A stretch of 60,833 nt of DNA, filler included, from Asterionella formosa (GCA_002256025.1; 15 parts of 15 records of this genome joined end to end with filler, not necessarily neighbours in it), one strand, 5' to 3'; positions 11,497 to 24,415 are shown, counted from the first letter of the whole stretch. Notes: a model not told the origin generated them from the sequence alone. A program made the numbers and translations.

Positions 11497-12278
11497 TCCG
11501 GTAAACCCAGTATCAGGTCCACCTAAAACACTGAGAGTCATCCAGTTACTGGTTGTTTGGGAGGAGTTTGAAAACGAAGTCGAGAACAGGAGTGAGGAGG
11601 AGATCTTCAAATGTTGTTAGCGTGACATACATACCGGTAGTAGTGAAGGCATACGCCCGATGTGGTCTCATTATACCTGCGAGCATACCGTACATGTGTT
11701 CGAGGCTGGGTGGCTCGAGTAATCAAGACGATAGCCAGGGTGGGATTGCTGTAGGCAATTCCCGCTCCAGCTATCGTCTTGCCATTCGGGTACTTCTAAG
11801 TAAATTTTAGGCTTTAAGCAATTATTATTTAGGGGCAATATGGGGCACATAAAAATTTTCGGGATTAAAATTGCCGATTTCAGCATGACAGCCAGAATAA
11901 CGGTAATTCCGGTATGCATGGAGATGGTACCACCTCAAAACTGCTTTGAACGAACCTTTTTCACCGCCTTGAACCTCTATACGTAGAATAACACGTTTTG
12001 TCACGAATTTTTGATACCGGTAGTTTACAAATCTGAAACAATCCATCTGTAGCTGAGCATGTAGCGCTCCTCTATGAATGAATGAGCTAAATTGAACATT
12101 CATTTGTGTAANNNNNNNNNNNNNNNNNNNNNNNNNNNNNNNNNNNNNNNNNNNNTTAATTAATTAANNNNNNNNNNNNNNNNNNNNNNNNNNNNNNNNN
12201 NNNNNNNNNNNCCGGTATGTATCCGAAACCCATCTCCACTGGACATCACATCCAATCTTCCCCACCTCCACCGTTACA

Positions 12279-13131
12279 ATGAAATCAATTGTCCTCGTCC
12301 TCCTGGCTGCCTTGACGCATGATCATGTCTCGGCCTTTGCACCGACTGTAGCCTTTTCCAGGGGCACTAAGGTAACAAAAACAACCACCGAACTTCCCAT
12401 GATTGGAGGAATGTTTCAAGGTCTCTTTGGAAAGAAAGATGCGGCTGTTACCGACTCGGTCTATTTTGACGTATCCATTGGAGACAAGCCTGCTGGTCGC
12501 ATTACCATTGGTCTGTACGGTGACGTTGTTCCCAAGACGGTGGAAAATTTCAAACAGTTGTGCACTGGAAAACCTGGATTTGGGTACAAGGGATCAATCT
12601 TTCATCGAGTCATTCCAGGCTTCATGTGTCAAGGAGGTGACTTTACGAACTTTAATGGGACGGGAGGTGCGTTATGAATACAGACACAATAGATAGAAGA
12701 TGTTAGACTTTCTAATTTCTTAACAATCCACCCCTTCACGTTCCACAGGCAAGTCCATCTATGGACGTGTGTTTAACGATGAAAACTTTGATCTTGTTCA
12801 CAACGGACCAGGAACACTTTCCATGGCCAATGCTGGTCCCAATACCAATGGTACGTACCTTCGTGTCTATGTGTATGTTGGGATAGTCTCTCGTTTGTCA
12901 AGGCAACTGTGGTTCGCTCGCACTCTCGCTCACACACACACATCTATATTTCCATGTATAGGTTCCCAATTCTTCATCTGCACTGCCGACACACCATGGT
13001 TGAATGGCAAACACACTGTCTTTGGAAAAGTTACAAATGGAATGGATATTGTTCGAACCATTGAGTCATATGGAAATGATCGTGGACAACCAGCTCAAGA
13101 GATTAAAATCACATCCTGTGGATCCTTGTAA
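12279..13131 (+). CDS. Plastid-targeted cyclophilin (PPIase); exons 12279-12666, 12749-12850, 12962-13131
   Basis: Signal peptide plus VSAFAP. Motifs [38 protein letters not shown] and [10 protein letters not shown]. Two GT-AG introns restore the frame. Confidence 0.95.
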
Positions 13132-14368
13132 ACCAACAACAACATTGACTCATTCCATATGATGATGATTTTATTATGATGTATGGATCCAACCATTATG
13201 AAAAATGTGTTATTGTAGTTAGTCTGCCAGGTACCAGTAAAACTTCCTTGACCATTGAGTTTGGGTGTTTGTTGGACTCCACCAACTAGCAGTTTATTAT
13301 TTCCAATTTTAGGCCCATTTGATCATTAATGTCAGAGGTTCATCTATCAAGTCAGCGTTTTGTTCTGATTGAAAGAGTTTATCAGAAGATACAATAATAA
13401 TAAAACAGCTAAAAAGTCAACTCAATGTGTCTATGCTGTTATATAGATTTTCTTTTTCTTGATAAGTAGGTATAAATTTGGTACATTTACGATGATGGAT
13501 TAGATTAGGTGTCAAATTACTGGTAATGCATGTTATTACCGGTATAGACATTTTGACTACCGCTATACCAGTAGCCATAAATGCATCATATGCATGATGC
13601 CACACTGTGTTCACTGATCTGCGATTTATAATTTACAGTCGCTGTAGAGTCAATACCACGACAAAAAAATTATTGTTCTTGTCCAATTGAAATAAAGGTT
13701 CGAATCACTTTCGAATACTAATCATTGTATATATTATGTGTGATCATGTAATGAGGAGACCTACTAAACTTACCCGAATTCATGTTCTCCATGATTTTTG
13801 TTGATTGACTTTTTCAGACAATTCATCGAAACTCACTCCAAATCTCATAATAATAACATAGCTGAAAAGCCCACATTCTCCGAAAGGAGACGGTATTCTC
13901 AGAATCACAGTTTCATAAGTTTTAATTGCAAAACAGCATGTTATGCTCAAAAATATTCTCAATGAGTCAAGGCAGTTTTGATTTCGGTAAAATTAAGTGC
14001 TGTGGGGTGTGCTAATAAATAATTGCATGTTGATTTAGCCATGTATATACCAGTCATCGATATCTATATAATATATATCATTCTGACATGCTGGCAACAT
14101 CAGCAATCGATCGAGAGCAACAGCTCATCATGATCGAGCATCAAGGATGGAGGAATTGAAGAGATGACTGATATAGCTCGAGCTTACAGTTTCAGATCCC
14201 TATGCTCGTTTGGACTGATGCTACATCTCGACTTGGTTTAATGCTGGTAAAAGAGCAAGTGCTCATAGTATCCTCGAAGTTCTCCAATGCTTGAGAACAT
14301 CAGTTGTCTATCAAAATAGTCGCAACAGCGTCAAAGATGGTAAGGATAGTGGAGACAGGTCATAACTA

Positions 14369-15721
14369 CTACAATAGTTGCCACCAAAACGAATCATCAT
14401 CGCGATCGGTCAACTCAATCAGGAATCCCTTAAGCAAGCTGTACCCATCAGGATCATTTGAAATCAAATCACTCTTGAGCCTAAAGTTCACTTCCCCTTT
14501 GCCAGGAGGCAATTCCTGATGTGGTGCAAAGCTACAAACACCTGATTCTGCCTTGGAACACTCGTAGCACCCATTTAAAAAATTATATGGGTAGCAACCA
14601 ACAAACAGTGTACAAATTTCTGCCAAGTACTCGTGCCGGTTGGCTGCTGCATACGCCTTTTGAAAGACAGGACGAGCCGTCTGAAAGCAGACATCGACCT
14701 CTTGCATAAAGTAAGGATCTAATTGCTGTCGGATGACCATGTCAAGGGCATGTGTCATCTCATGCACTGTCAAACTTCCTTGCGATTCATCATTACTTTT
14801 ATTGTTGGAAAGCAATGGAAAATCGTCAGCGGATGTGAAACATCCAGGATTGGCAGTACCATTGCGACCAGGCCAGGAGTTGGGAAAGTCAGGACAGTCC
14901 CCTGCTTGTTGGTTTGTCTTGTGGTCCAAAATCACCAAACGAAACGGCCCCTGAGGCATGTTCCTCGGTGCTCGCCATTGAAGGAACAAGCGCCTTATTT
15001 CAATCGGTATGAAGTTGCGCATGAGGTCGGCAGCTCGTTGCAGGACGCGTTCGTCCACTTGTTTGGATGCCAGAATCCACAATCCGTCGGCATTGATGGC
15101 ATTGTAAAAGGTTGGATCCGGCGAAAAATCAGGATTTGGCTCTTGTGTTGTTTCAACAAAACAGAAATCTTGCAGGCTACGCATAAGTTCATCATGAAGT
15201 GGTTGTGAGGGAGGGACAATCCATGTGAAATGGTTTTCCGGAGTGGACTGATCGGAAACGTCGGCACCTGCCCCCTCGGCATCGACGACCCTGATTTCGC
15301 CAAGATGAGGAAAATATCCACCGCTAGTAGAGACAGTCAATTTTGTTGTGGCGTTTGGAGCAATTGTGAAGGGCCCGTACCGCTCATTAACGAATTCAGC
15401 AGGCCCGTAACCCCCCGTTTGGGCGGAACAGAAGTCATATCCAATGACCACATCGCCAATAGTGAAGATGACAGGCCGCGAGTCTCCTGAGCAGTACGTG
15501 ACATCCAGGAAAACCTTTTCAGCAGTGTGTTCAAAGTTGAAAGAATAGAATCCCTTGGTTCCCTCCACAAAGATCAGGTTGTCCCGAACGATGACGAATT
15601 CAGTTGTCTCTGAGGGCTTTTGCAGAACCACTGACCTCGATTTCTGGCGTTTCTGGGCCAATCGACGCGCACCGATGCTGGCCAACTTCTTCGCTATTCC
15701 ATCATGATTGCTGCCGGTCAT
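14369..15721 (-). CDS. Zinc metalloprotease (HExxH; anthrax-lethal-factor/MtfA-like zincin) with N-terminal CBM6/35-like beta domain
   Basis: LTVHEMTHALD and a downstream YAAANRHEYLAE motif. N-terminal beta-rich YCSGDSRP...TGGY...FPHLGEIRV. First in-frame ATG at 15721; intronless. Confidence 0.75.
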   Translation of the reverse strand: MTGSNHDGIAKKLASIGARRLAQKRQKSRSVVLQKPSETTEFVIVRDNLIFVEGTKGFYSFNFEHTAEKVFLDVTYCSGDSRPVIFTIGDVVIGYDFCSAQTGGYGPAEFVNERYGPFTIAPNATTKLTVSTSGGYFPHLGEIRVVDAEGAGADVSDQSTPENHFTWIVPPSQPLHDELMRSLQDFCFVETTQEPNPDFSPDPTFYNAINADGLWILASKQVDERVLQRAADLMRNFIPIEIRRLFLQWRAPRNMPQGPFRLVILDHKTNQQAGDCPDFPNSWPGRNGTANPGCFTSADDFPLLSNNKSNDESQGSLTVHEMTHALDMVIRQQLDPYFMQEVDVCFQTARPVFQKAYAAANRHEYLAEICTLFVGCYPYNFLNGCYECSKAESGVCSFAPHQELPPGKGEVNFRLKSDLISNDPDGYSLLKGFLIELTDRDDDSFWWQLL

Positions 15722-16291
15722 GGTGCTCGCGGTTCCTTGTGTTCTTACGAGAGAGAGAGAGCAAAGCAACGAAATGATGGCAATGGTTGGACCCAAACTA
15801 TCACGGGTTATGATGAACGGGGTTAATTTGATTGCTCGTCAAAAATGTTACAACGCACTGGAGTATGTTATAGGAGTCGTGGCTGAGGCATTTATTGTTG
15901 GATGGGGCATCCAGAAACGACGAAAGCAATCCTACCAGTAGTTGGTTTTGGGTATACCGGGATTTTTACTCCTTTGACGGTGAAAATCCGTTCTTTTCTG
16001 AAGCATCACAAAACTATCAAGATACCGGTACCGGTACGTGGTATTTGATGAGTAGAAAAAAGACAGCCATCAAGGCAACTGAAAACAGGTACCTGGTACC
16101 ACCAGGATACCAGGGTACCTGTACCAGGTACCGTACATCAGAAAATGTGGTGCCAATGCATTTATGCCCCCCAAGCAAANNNNNNNNNNNNNNNNNNNNN
16201 NNNNNNNNNNNNNNNNNNNNNNNTTAATTAATTAANNNNNNNNNNNNNNNNNNNNNNNNNNNNNNNNNNNNNNNNNNNNTACCATCCCACA

Positions 16292-17992
16292 ATGGAGCCT
16301 TCCGCACGCTTCCCTACACCCGAGAGCGCCCTCCAAGATGCCCTCTCCCATCTCCAAATACGAACCGTTGTACAGGAAACTATCCAATCAATGCTTGTAG
16401 ATGTGGAACTTGCAGTCACGCTTTCAAAAGATCTACTTGCGATGGAACGCCAAAACGACTTACAGAAGCGAGCAAAAGCCAGTGAGATAGCTCTGCAAGA
16501 AGCAAGGTTATTGGAGGAAGTGCATGTGCAAAAAACCCGACTGCTTGCTGATGAACTAGTCAAGGAATTGTGGTCGCTTTCGAAAGATATTGGAGCTCTG
16601 AAACAGTGGAAGGATCAACACCAACCCGTTGTAGATCAACGTGATGAATTGATTGCCAAACTGATGTATGCAGAAGATGAAAATGAAATGCTCAAGTCCA
16701 AAGCAGTGGCAGCGCCAGCTCAAGGGATGAAACAGCAAACAAGGTCTGAGGACGCACGATTTCCCTCACAAGGGCCACGGGAAACAGACGAGAATCCAGT
16801 ATCAGACACGAAAGGCACTGCATCGAAAGAGGTTTTGTCAACACTTGAGAATAAATCTCTATCTGGAGAAGAAAAAATATCTGCGACTGAACAGTCCACT
16901 GGAATCGAATTCCTGGAAGATACACCTCTGGTTATGATGCTGTCCGACGACGAGGACACCCCTGCCCTCGAAACGCTCGAAGTTCAAATCTTGATGAAAG
17001 TTTTTACGTTCCTTGACGCTGTTGAAATTTTGAATCTTGCCCAAGTCAACGTTGCCTTTTTCTCGCGCGTTGACTCTTTGTTTGGTAGCAGTGGCGAGGG
17101 AGTTCAAGACCCGCCCATTCCGACTGTAATAGAAACAACTTTCATGACACCCACTCCAACAATAGTACAAATTCCACCAAATTCATCTGAAACCAGTACA
17201 ACAAAAAGTAATACACCATCAGCAATCCTTGCGGCTGATCCAGGTGAAACGACAATGCAGTCACCCGGAGGACAAGGAAAACGAGGCATTTTTGCTTTGC
17301 TTCAAAGTCGATCAGGCAATACTCCCCGTATTCGAGGACGAACTCCTCCTAGAGCGCCGAAAAAGCCCCAACCAATTACAGACGCCATGATATCGAAGCT
17401 TTCTGATGTCGAAGTAGGTGCCATTATCACAATGCGTGATCAACTCATTCAACGAGACAGAGAAGTTGCTGTTCTGTTAAGGGAAAAGGAGGATTTGTTT
17501 GGAAAGTTGGAAGGTACTGAGGCAGTCAAGCAGTTCTTGATCGGCAAGGTCCGAGAAGTTGAACAAGCCCTGTCGAAATCTCAAGAAGACGAATCAAGAG
17601 TAACACAACAGATTGCAAGTGACCAAGAAGTAATTGCCTTTCTCGACGGTCGCGTCAATGAATTGGAACGAAATTTGCGGAAGTTATCCACGGACTTCAA
17701 GGCTACCCAAGATGAGTTGAACAGAACAAAGAATCAAAATTCCAAGAAAATTACAGTTCTAGGTGATATGTTACAGTTTGAACGTGAACAGTCGACGGAG
17801 AACGACAGGGAATGGAAAGCAACCAAAAAACTTCTTGTTAAGGAAGTAAAAAATTGCCGGTCACAGATCACAGCCCTTCAAGCGGAGCGTGATGGTTATC
17901 GAGAACAAAATGCAAGGTTACGAAAGGCGGTACTTTCCAACGGTGTTAGCAATGGGTCTCCCAGTAAAAGCGAACGAGATGACCGTTACTAA
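16292..17992 (+). CDS. F-box-like motif plus long coiled-coil protein
   Basis: 566-aa open frame. LEVQILMKVFTFLDAVEILNLAQVN resembles an F-box; heptad-rich N- and C-terminal regions. Confidence 0.7.
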   Translation: MEPSARFPTPESALQDALSHLQIRTVVQETIQSMLVDVELAVTLSKDLLAMERQNDLQKRAKASEIALQEARLLEEVHVQKTRLLADELVKELWSLSKDIGALKQWKDQHQPVVDQRDELIAKLMYAEDENEMLKSKAVAAPAQGMKQQTRSEDARFPSQGPRETDENPVSDTKGTASKEVLSTLENKSLSGEEKISATEQSTGIEFLEDTPLVMMLSDDEDTPALETLEVQILMKVFTFLDAVEILNLAQVNVAFFSRVDSLFGSSGEGVQDPPIPTVIETTFMTPTPTIVQIPPNSSETSTTKSNTPSAILAADPGETTMQSPGGQGKRGIFALLQSRSGNTPRIRGRTPPRAPKKPQPITDAMISKLSDVEVGAIITMRDQLIQRDREVAVLLREKEDLFGKLEGTEAVKQFLIGKVREVEQALSKSQEDESRVTQQIASDQEVIAFLDGRVNELERNLRKLSTDFKATQDELNRTKNQNSKKITVLGDMLQFEREQSTENDREWKATKKLLVKEVKNCRSQITALQAERDGYREQNARLRKAVLSNGVSNGSPSKSERDDRY

Positions 17993-18486
17993 GCCTCTGT
18001 ATCACTCAAGTGTAGNNNNNNNNNNNNNNNNNNNNNNNNNNNNNNNNNNNNNNNNNNNNNNNNNNNNNNNNNNNNNNNNNNNNNNNNNNNNNNNNNNNNN
18101 NNNNNNNNNNNNNNNNNNNNNNNNNNNNNNNNNNNNNNNNNNNNNNNNNNNNNNNNNNNNNNNNNNNNNNNNNNNNNNNNNNNNNNNNNNNNNNNNNNNN
18201 NNNNNNNNNNNNNNNNNNNNNNNNNNNNNNNNNNNNNNNNNNNNNNNNNNNNNNNNNNNNNNNNNNNNNNNNNNNNNNNNNNNNNNNNNNNNNNNNNNNN
18301 NNNNNNNNNNNNNNNNNNNNNNNNNNNNNNNNNNNNNNNNNNNNNNNNNNNNNNNNNNNNNNNNNNNNNNNNNNNNNNNNNNNNNNNNNNNNNNNNNNNN
18401 NNNNNNNNNNNNNNNNNNNNNNNNNNNNNNNNNNNNNNNNNNNNNNNNNNNNNNNNNNNNNNNNNNNNNNNNNNNNNNNNNNNNNN

Positions 18487-19230
18487 GATCTGAGGGATGC
18501 CATCGTCCCATGGAAACTGCGACAGCCGCGTATGTAACAACACAATGTTCAGGATGGAAAGTGACTGGTTTCGTAAAGCACGGTTGATGGTGTCTGCCTC
18601 ACATCGTTGAAGCAATATGGCAAGGATTCCGTTTTCCATTATTATTACACGCAATTGCAAAGGCGATTGCTCCTGTGCCCATTTATGGAACCAAATGACA
18701 GTGGGGTCCAATATAGCCAGATAAGTTGCCACTTGATGGTTTGATTTCAGAAGCACTAGCAACGCTGTCCCAATATGGTCAACTCGACGTGGATCCAACG
18801 ACTTCTCCAATATCTGAATCCACATATATCGCCATGCTTGCAACAGTCGAACAACACTCACGTTGTCATTCGCTTCGCTTGCGATGATTACTGTATCTGT
18901 TAGTAGCTCTGTCAGCTGCACCCGCATCATTCCATCCGCTTGATCGAACCATGTTGTGCAAATATCCAGATACTGTCTACGCTCTGATATAGTTGTGGCC
19001 AGTAGTCCTTGGCTTAACAAACCTTGCACGTAATCCCAGTCCATGCTGATGTCATCAACATGATCGACTTGTTGCAATGTCGATAGCTTCTCTGTAGCAT
19101 TTATAATATCTTCCACAAATATTCGATTCGGAAGTTCCCCGTGAAAGTCCAAAAGTGAAAAGGAAGACGCACTCGGAGTTGAATCAGTTGTCGCCATGTG
19201 CTCACGCCTTGTAGTCATGGCATCTGACAT
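18487..19230 (-). CDS. Hypothetical alpha-helical protein (3' end in gap)
   Basis: ~250 codons open from ATG 19230, with helical-repeat-like composition; convergent with the F-box gene. Confidence 0.65.
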
Positions 19231-19265
19231 TAGTCCCTCCACGTTGTGTCGTTCGTCCACCAGCT

Positions 19266-20246
19266 TGTGAATGCAATGCTGTAGTGCAATATCAAAAGAT
19301 GAAATGCAAAATTATCGTGATTTATAATGCTTCTGTAGGTAGGACAGACGGTCGAGCTGTACATCACCCTGACACCCCACTCACTCACTATAATCGTATG
19401 TCTCGTCATCTCTCACACTTGCTTCTTCCCTCAAACCTGTCCTTTGAGCGAAGGGGGGAGGGGGGCTGGATGCCCAGTGACGTCGTCAAGAAGCCGGGCA
19501 AAAAGAATTCCACCAGTTTACTTCATGATGGCATCTGCTGCATTTAGAACAGACACAACATCTTCAAGAGCAACCAGATTACGTTCAACCCAGTCAGTGA
19601 GAGCATAATGTCATATATCAATATGACAAGATTGCTTAGTGGGTTGACCAGCATGGGCCATAAGCAAGTTACCACAGTTATCTTCATATAGGAGGGTAGC
19701 AAATGTCTGGGGAACATGGAGTTCATCAAGGATGAACCGGAGGTAGCTAGTACTAAAGGGCCATTTTTCCAGCATCACTAGCAGCCAAAAATTCAGGGGC
19801 TTCATTGGAACTCAATGAAATTGTGGGTTGCATATGGCATTTCCAGGAAATGGCAGCAACAGCAAGTTAAAAAAACACAGGAGATTGATTGTCGGTGTCA
19901 TATGTCAGCAGCCCAATCAGAGTCAACAAAGCCAAAAACAGAAAAAGGGTAATAGCGTTCACTGGCATCAGAGACATCATGATGGGGTGTTGATCAGCTG
20001 GGTTGGCAAGCCGAGGAGAAGGGGGCAAGATGCTAGGGAGTATGGGATGAGATAAAGGGCACCAGTATGTCAGACCATGGTCCAGAGTGCTAGTAAGATA
20101 TTTGAAGTCCTGTTCTTTGACTGCTGGATTGTGAAGGGCAACATGGTGCTGGGTGGAGAATTGACTCAATTTAACAAGAGGAAAACTGAGTTCAGGACAA
20201 CAGGTAATCATGGCCCATATAAGTTCACCAATGGCCCCCCAATATC
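19266..20246 (-). mobile_element. Highly decayed Copia RT/RNase H 3' remnant with possible PPT and short LTR
   Basis: Motifs MITCCPELSFPLVKLSQFS and LYEDNCG...PTKQSCHIDI. Minus-strand gagtgggg followed by TG at 19374. Confidence 0.7.
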
Positions 20247-20346
20247 NNNNNNNNNNNNNNNNNNNNNNNNNNNNNNNNNNNNNNNNNNNNTTAATTAATT
20301 AANNNNNNNNNNNNNNNNNNNNNNNNNNNNNNNNNNNNNNNNNNNN

Positions 20347-23300
20347 GGGAACGATTGGGCAATACAAGCTCCGCCGTTTTGGATGGTGCCTATGTGGCAC
20401 ACATGATCAACAACCTACCTGAAAGCTACAAGAGTTTGGTAGTAGGAAGGTTCGGCCTGGCGCGCAACACGCTAACGGTCGAAGAGATTAAGACAGACAT
20501 CCGGGACTACTACGATCTATATGTCCGGGATGACGTCAAAACGACTAACAAGAACAAGAGTGAACAGGCCTTCTACACGAAAGGGAAGTTCAAAGGTGAC
20601 TGTTGTACGTGTGGCAAGTATGGCCACAAGGCGGCTGACTGTCGCAGCAAGGGCAATAGTGCCGACAAGAAGGAGCTCATTCCTGAGCAGAAAGAAAGGT
20701 GGAAAACGATTAAGTGTTTCAAGTGCCAACGCATGGGACACTAAGCAAGTGAGTGCACTAGTAACAGTGCATCTAAATATAATAAAAACGAAGAGAACAA
20801 CACGACTACATCTACCCAGCAAGGAATGTTCGTCGCCATGTGCGTCGTAATTAGTTACAACGAGGAAGTAAACCTCGCTCGTGACGTCAGAAATCGCTGG
20901 TTGTTAGACAGCGGTGCTACCGTTCACATCTGCACGGACGTGCGCATGATGGAAGACAAGAAACAAGTGAGTGAAACGGTCGTGGTAGGGAATGGAACTG
21001 AGATAGTATCAACTGTCTCTGGTACCATGACCCTGACGACTACAGACGAAGGAAAACGCTTGAAACTCACCGATGTGCTTTATGCACCGGAATTCAAGCA
21101 GAACATCATCAGTGTCTCTAGAATGATCGACAAGGGTAATCAAGTGATCTTAGAGGACGATAGGATGACTATACGAAACAAGAGCGGCTTTCTGACCTGC
21201 AAAAGAGATAAAACTCGAAAACTCGGAGCAATGTATCATTCGAAGGTAATCCGATCATCAAGCAAACGGTGATGGAAATCGAGCAACTACAAGAGAACAC
21301 TACACAACAATCGATCGACGACTACAACGAAAACGATTGGACGAAAGTTGAAGCAAAGAAAACGAACAAGGGAAAGAACAAATGGAATAATCAAAATGGT
21401 GAGTTTGAAAATAATTTTGTGATTGTCGACATCAATGAAGCGCATGCAATGCTTGGTCATGTGGGCGAGAAATGTTTGCACGATTACGGCGAAATTATTT
21501 GGATGGAAGTTGAGCGGCATCATGACAGTGTGCGCAGTCTGTGCGGCAGCGAAAGCGAAAGCACGAGCCGTCCCAAAAACAATGCAAGAAAAATCGACGG
21601 TACCTGGAGAGAGACTGTTTGTGGACATCAGCGGACCCTACGAGAAATCCGCTGTAGGTAATCAGTACTGGGTCATGGCAGTGGACGATTACACAAGAAA
21701 GCGCTGGAGCTATTTCATTAAAAAGAAGAAGGATATCGGAACAGTCATTGAAGTTTTACTATCAAGTTTAGCCGGAGCCGGTCACAAGACAAAGTAGCTA
21801 TGTCCGTTGCGATGACGCAGGCGAGAATACTAAACAATTGAGAAATGTATGTGAAAATCGCGGTATTAAAATGGAATTTACTGCCCCGCACACTCCACAA
21901 CACAATGGTGTAGTGGAGCGCGGTTTTGTCATCGTGCGACAGAGGGCACTAGCACAACACAATGGTGTAGTGGAACACGGTTTTGTCATTGTGCGACAGA
22001 GGGCACTAGCAATGATGCTAAGTGCAAAACTAACAGATAAGTACAAAGGGCTATTATGGGCAGAGGCGGTACATACAGCTACACGTTTAACAAATAGTAC
22101 AGTTAACTCAGTAACTAAAAGAAGTCCCGACGACATGTTCTACGGTGAAATGAATCCAAGAAGGCCCTACAAGTTATACAAGCAATTTGGGCGTGTAGGC
22201 TGGGTTACTGCAAGACACAACATTAAGAAATTAGACGCACGTTCTTTCAAGTGTGTCTTTTAGGGTTATTTGGAGGACCACTCCCAAGATACGTATCGTA
22301 TGTATAATCATGAGACTAACACCGTAATCAATACATGCGATGTTAAGTGGAGCAAGTGGCATGGATCAAACACACCTACGGACGGACTAGGAAAAATCTA
22401 CAAGGACAATGCTAAAGAGAAAGTAGCAGTTCAACCAGAAGCTGAAGTTAATAATGATGGATTAGATGATGATTTCTACAATGAAGATTTACTACCAGAA
22501 GTTTCAGACAATGAGGAAGATGACGACGACGACAAGGATAAATCAACCGCAGACACTAAAAAAGGAAAATCTACCTCAAGGAGTGATGAAATCTCTGACC
22601 TAGAAAAGAGAAAGGCTGTGAAGCAACAAGCAAAGCCTAAATACCCAACTACGCTCCTATCTAAACAGGCAAAGTTGGAACGAGAAATGAAGAAGTTGGA
22701 CTCATCGTATAATCCAACTAAAAGTGTTAAATTCACTCCAGACACTTCACTACCAAATGTGATTGAGGAGGAAGCTTCTTCAAATAAGGAAACTGAAGTA
22801 AATTTCGTATTCAATGCAAGTCTTGCATTGGACCCAGCTTTACCAAATAGTTATAATGAGGCAAGAGGAGTGTGGAAAATAGTTAAGAGAAATGACGTGA
22901 ACAAGCAAGCTCTTAAGACAAGGTGGGTCTTCCATATTAGTAAGGAGGACATGATAACCGGAAAGACAGTATACAAGGCATGGTTGGTTGTAAAGGGATA
23001 TGAACAGATCCCAGGAGTTGATTTTACTGAAACATTCGCTCCTGTTGCAAGTGATGCTACAATAAAAACTGTTCTGGCTGTTACTTTGTACTACGGTTGG
23101 ATAGCGGAAGCAATCGACGTTGAAGCAGCGTTTTCAAATGCTGACGTCGACAAAGACATTTATATTCTTGAGCCCCCAGAAGGATTGACAGGGAATGATC
23201 AGAATACACACATCTGCAAACTAATTAAGACTATGTATGGAATTGTACAAGCTCCAAGATGCTGGTCCAAGACATTCACGAAATGCGTCACCAGCAAGAC

Positions 23301-24315
23301 AGGTATAACGAAAAGCGAAATAGACCCAATTTTGTTTATCTACCGTAACAACAAAGGACAAATTGAAGGGCTGTTGGCAAACTATGTGGATGATGGAATT
23401 ATTTGTGGTACCAGGAATGCAGTGGACTTCATGAAAAATATGATCAAGGAGGATTTTAATATCACAGAACAAGGTCCCCTACGAAAACACTTAGGTGTGG
23501 AATATATGCACAAGCATGACAAATTTAGAGAATACTGGGAAGTACAGCTGAAGAAATTTCGTACTGAAATGCTACTGGAATATGAGATGCGTACTGGTAA
23601 GAAGATAAAGTCTTATGTGACACCAGGAGCACCAGGAAAAACATTAGGAGCCAATAATGGAGAAACTATTAGTATGGAGGCGGAATATCGCAAGATTGTT
23701 GGGAAATTATTATGGTCTACTACTAAGAAAGATTCCCCGGACTGTGCCAATGCAGTACGTGAATTATCTTCGTATTTAAGCTGTCCAGGCGAAGAACACT
23801 GGGATGGAATTTCACGAGTTGTTGGATTCTTATCAAGCAAATTGGACAGAGTTCTCAAGATTCGAAAACCTAAGGAATTACGGGTTATTGCATATGTTGA
23901 TAGTGACTGGGCTGCTAACAATAAGGTAAGCCGGAAAAGTACTACAGGTTTTCTGGTTACCATTGGTGGTGCGTTGATCAGTTGGCAATCAAAGGGCCAG
24001 TCATCCGTTATGCTGTCAAGCACAGAAGCAGACTTTGTTGCGATGTCGCAATGTGCTCAAGAGATCAAATTTATTACAATGTTACTCAACGAAGTGACAG
24101 GTGGCAAAAATATCCTATCAAGCATTTTACATGAGGATAATACAGGTGCAATATTCACAGCAAAGAATCAACAACTTGGAACAAGAACAAAACACATTGA
24201 TATTAAGTTTCATCATGTCAAGAACATGATAGATGAGGGTGAGTTGCATATTGTTTTTCTAAGATCAGAAAACAATCCAGCAGACATTTTGATGAAGAAT
24301 GTCAAAGAGCAGATT
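20347..24315 (+). mobile_element. Ty1/Copia internal region (gag-PR-INT-RT-RH), frameshifted
   Basis: Zinc knuckles CGKYGHKAADC and CFKCQRMGH; PR WLLDSGAT; INT H..GH..C..C, VDISGP, VDD and NGVVER; RT IDVEAAF and YVDD; RH YVDSDWA, HEDNTGA and NNPAD. Copia domain order. Confidence 0.95.
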
Positions 24316-24415
24316 NNNNNNNNNNNNNNNNNNNNNNNNNNNNNNNNNNNNNNNNNNNNTTAATTAATTAANNNNNNNNNNNNNNNNNNNNNNNNNNNNN
24401 NNNNNNNNNNNNNNN

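Noticed and set aside
5476..15721. Glycan/plastid gene cluster (GT, SDH-like, PAP2, cyclophilin, protease)
   Set aside because: The genes lie on three unlinked contigs joined artificially.
15722..15796. Signal peptide on the metalloprotease (MGPTIAIISLLCSLSLV)
   Set aside because: It depends on a TTG start and a CT-repeat; the first ATG is 15721. An unseen upstream exon cannot be excluded.
18487..19230. BROMI/TBC1D32 N-terminal similarity
   Set aside because: Only a vague pattern (L..L...D....W..+..L); not supportable without a profile search.
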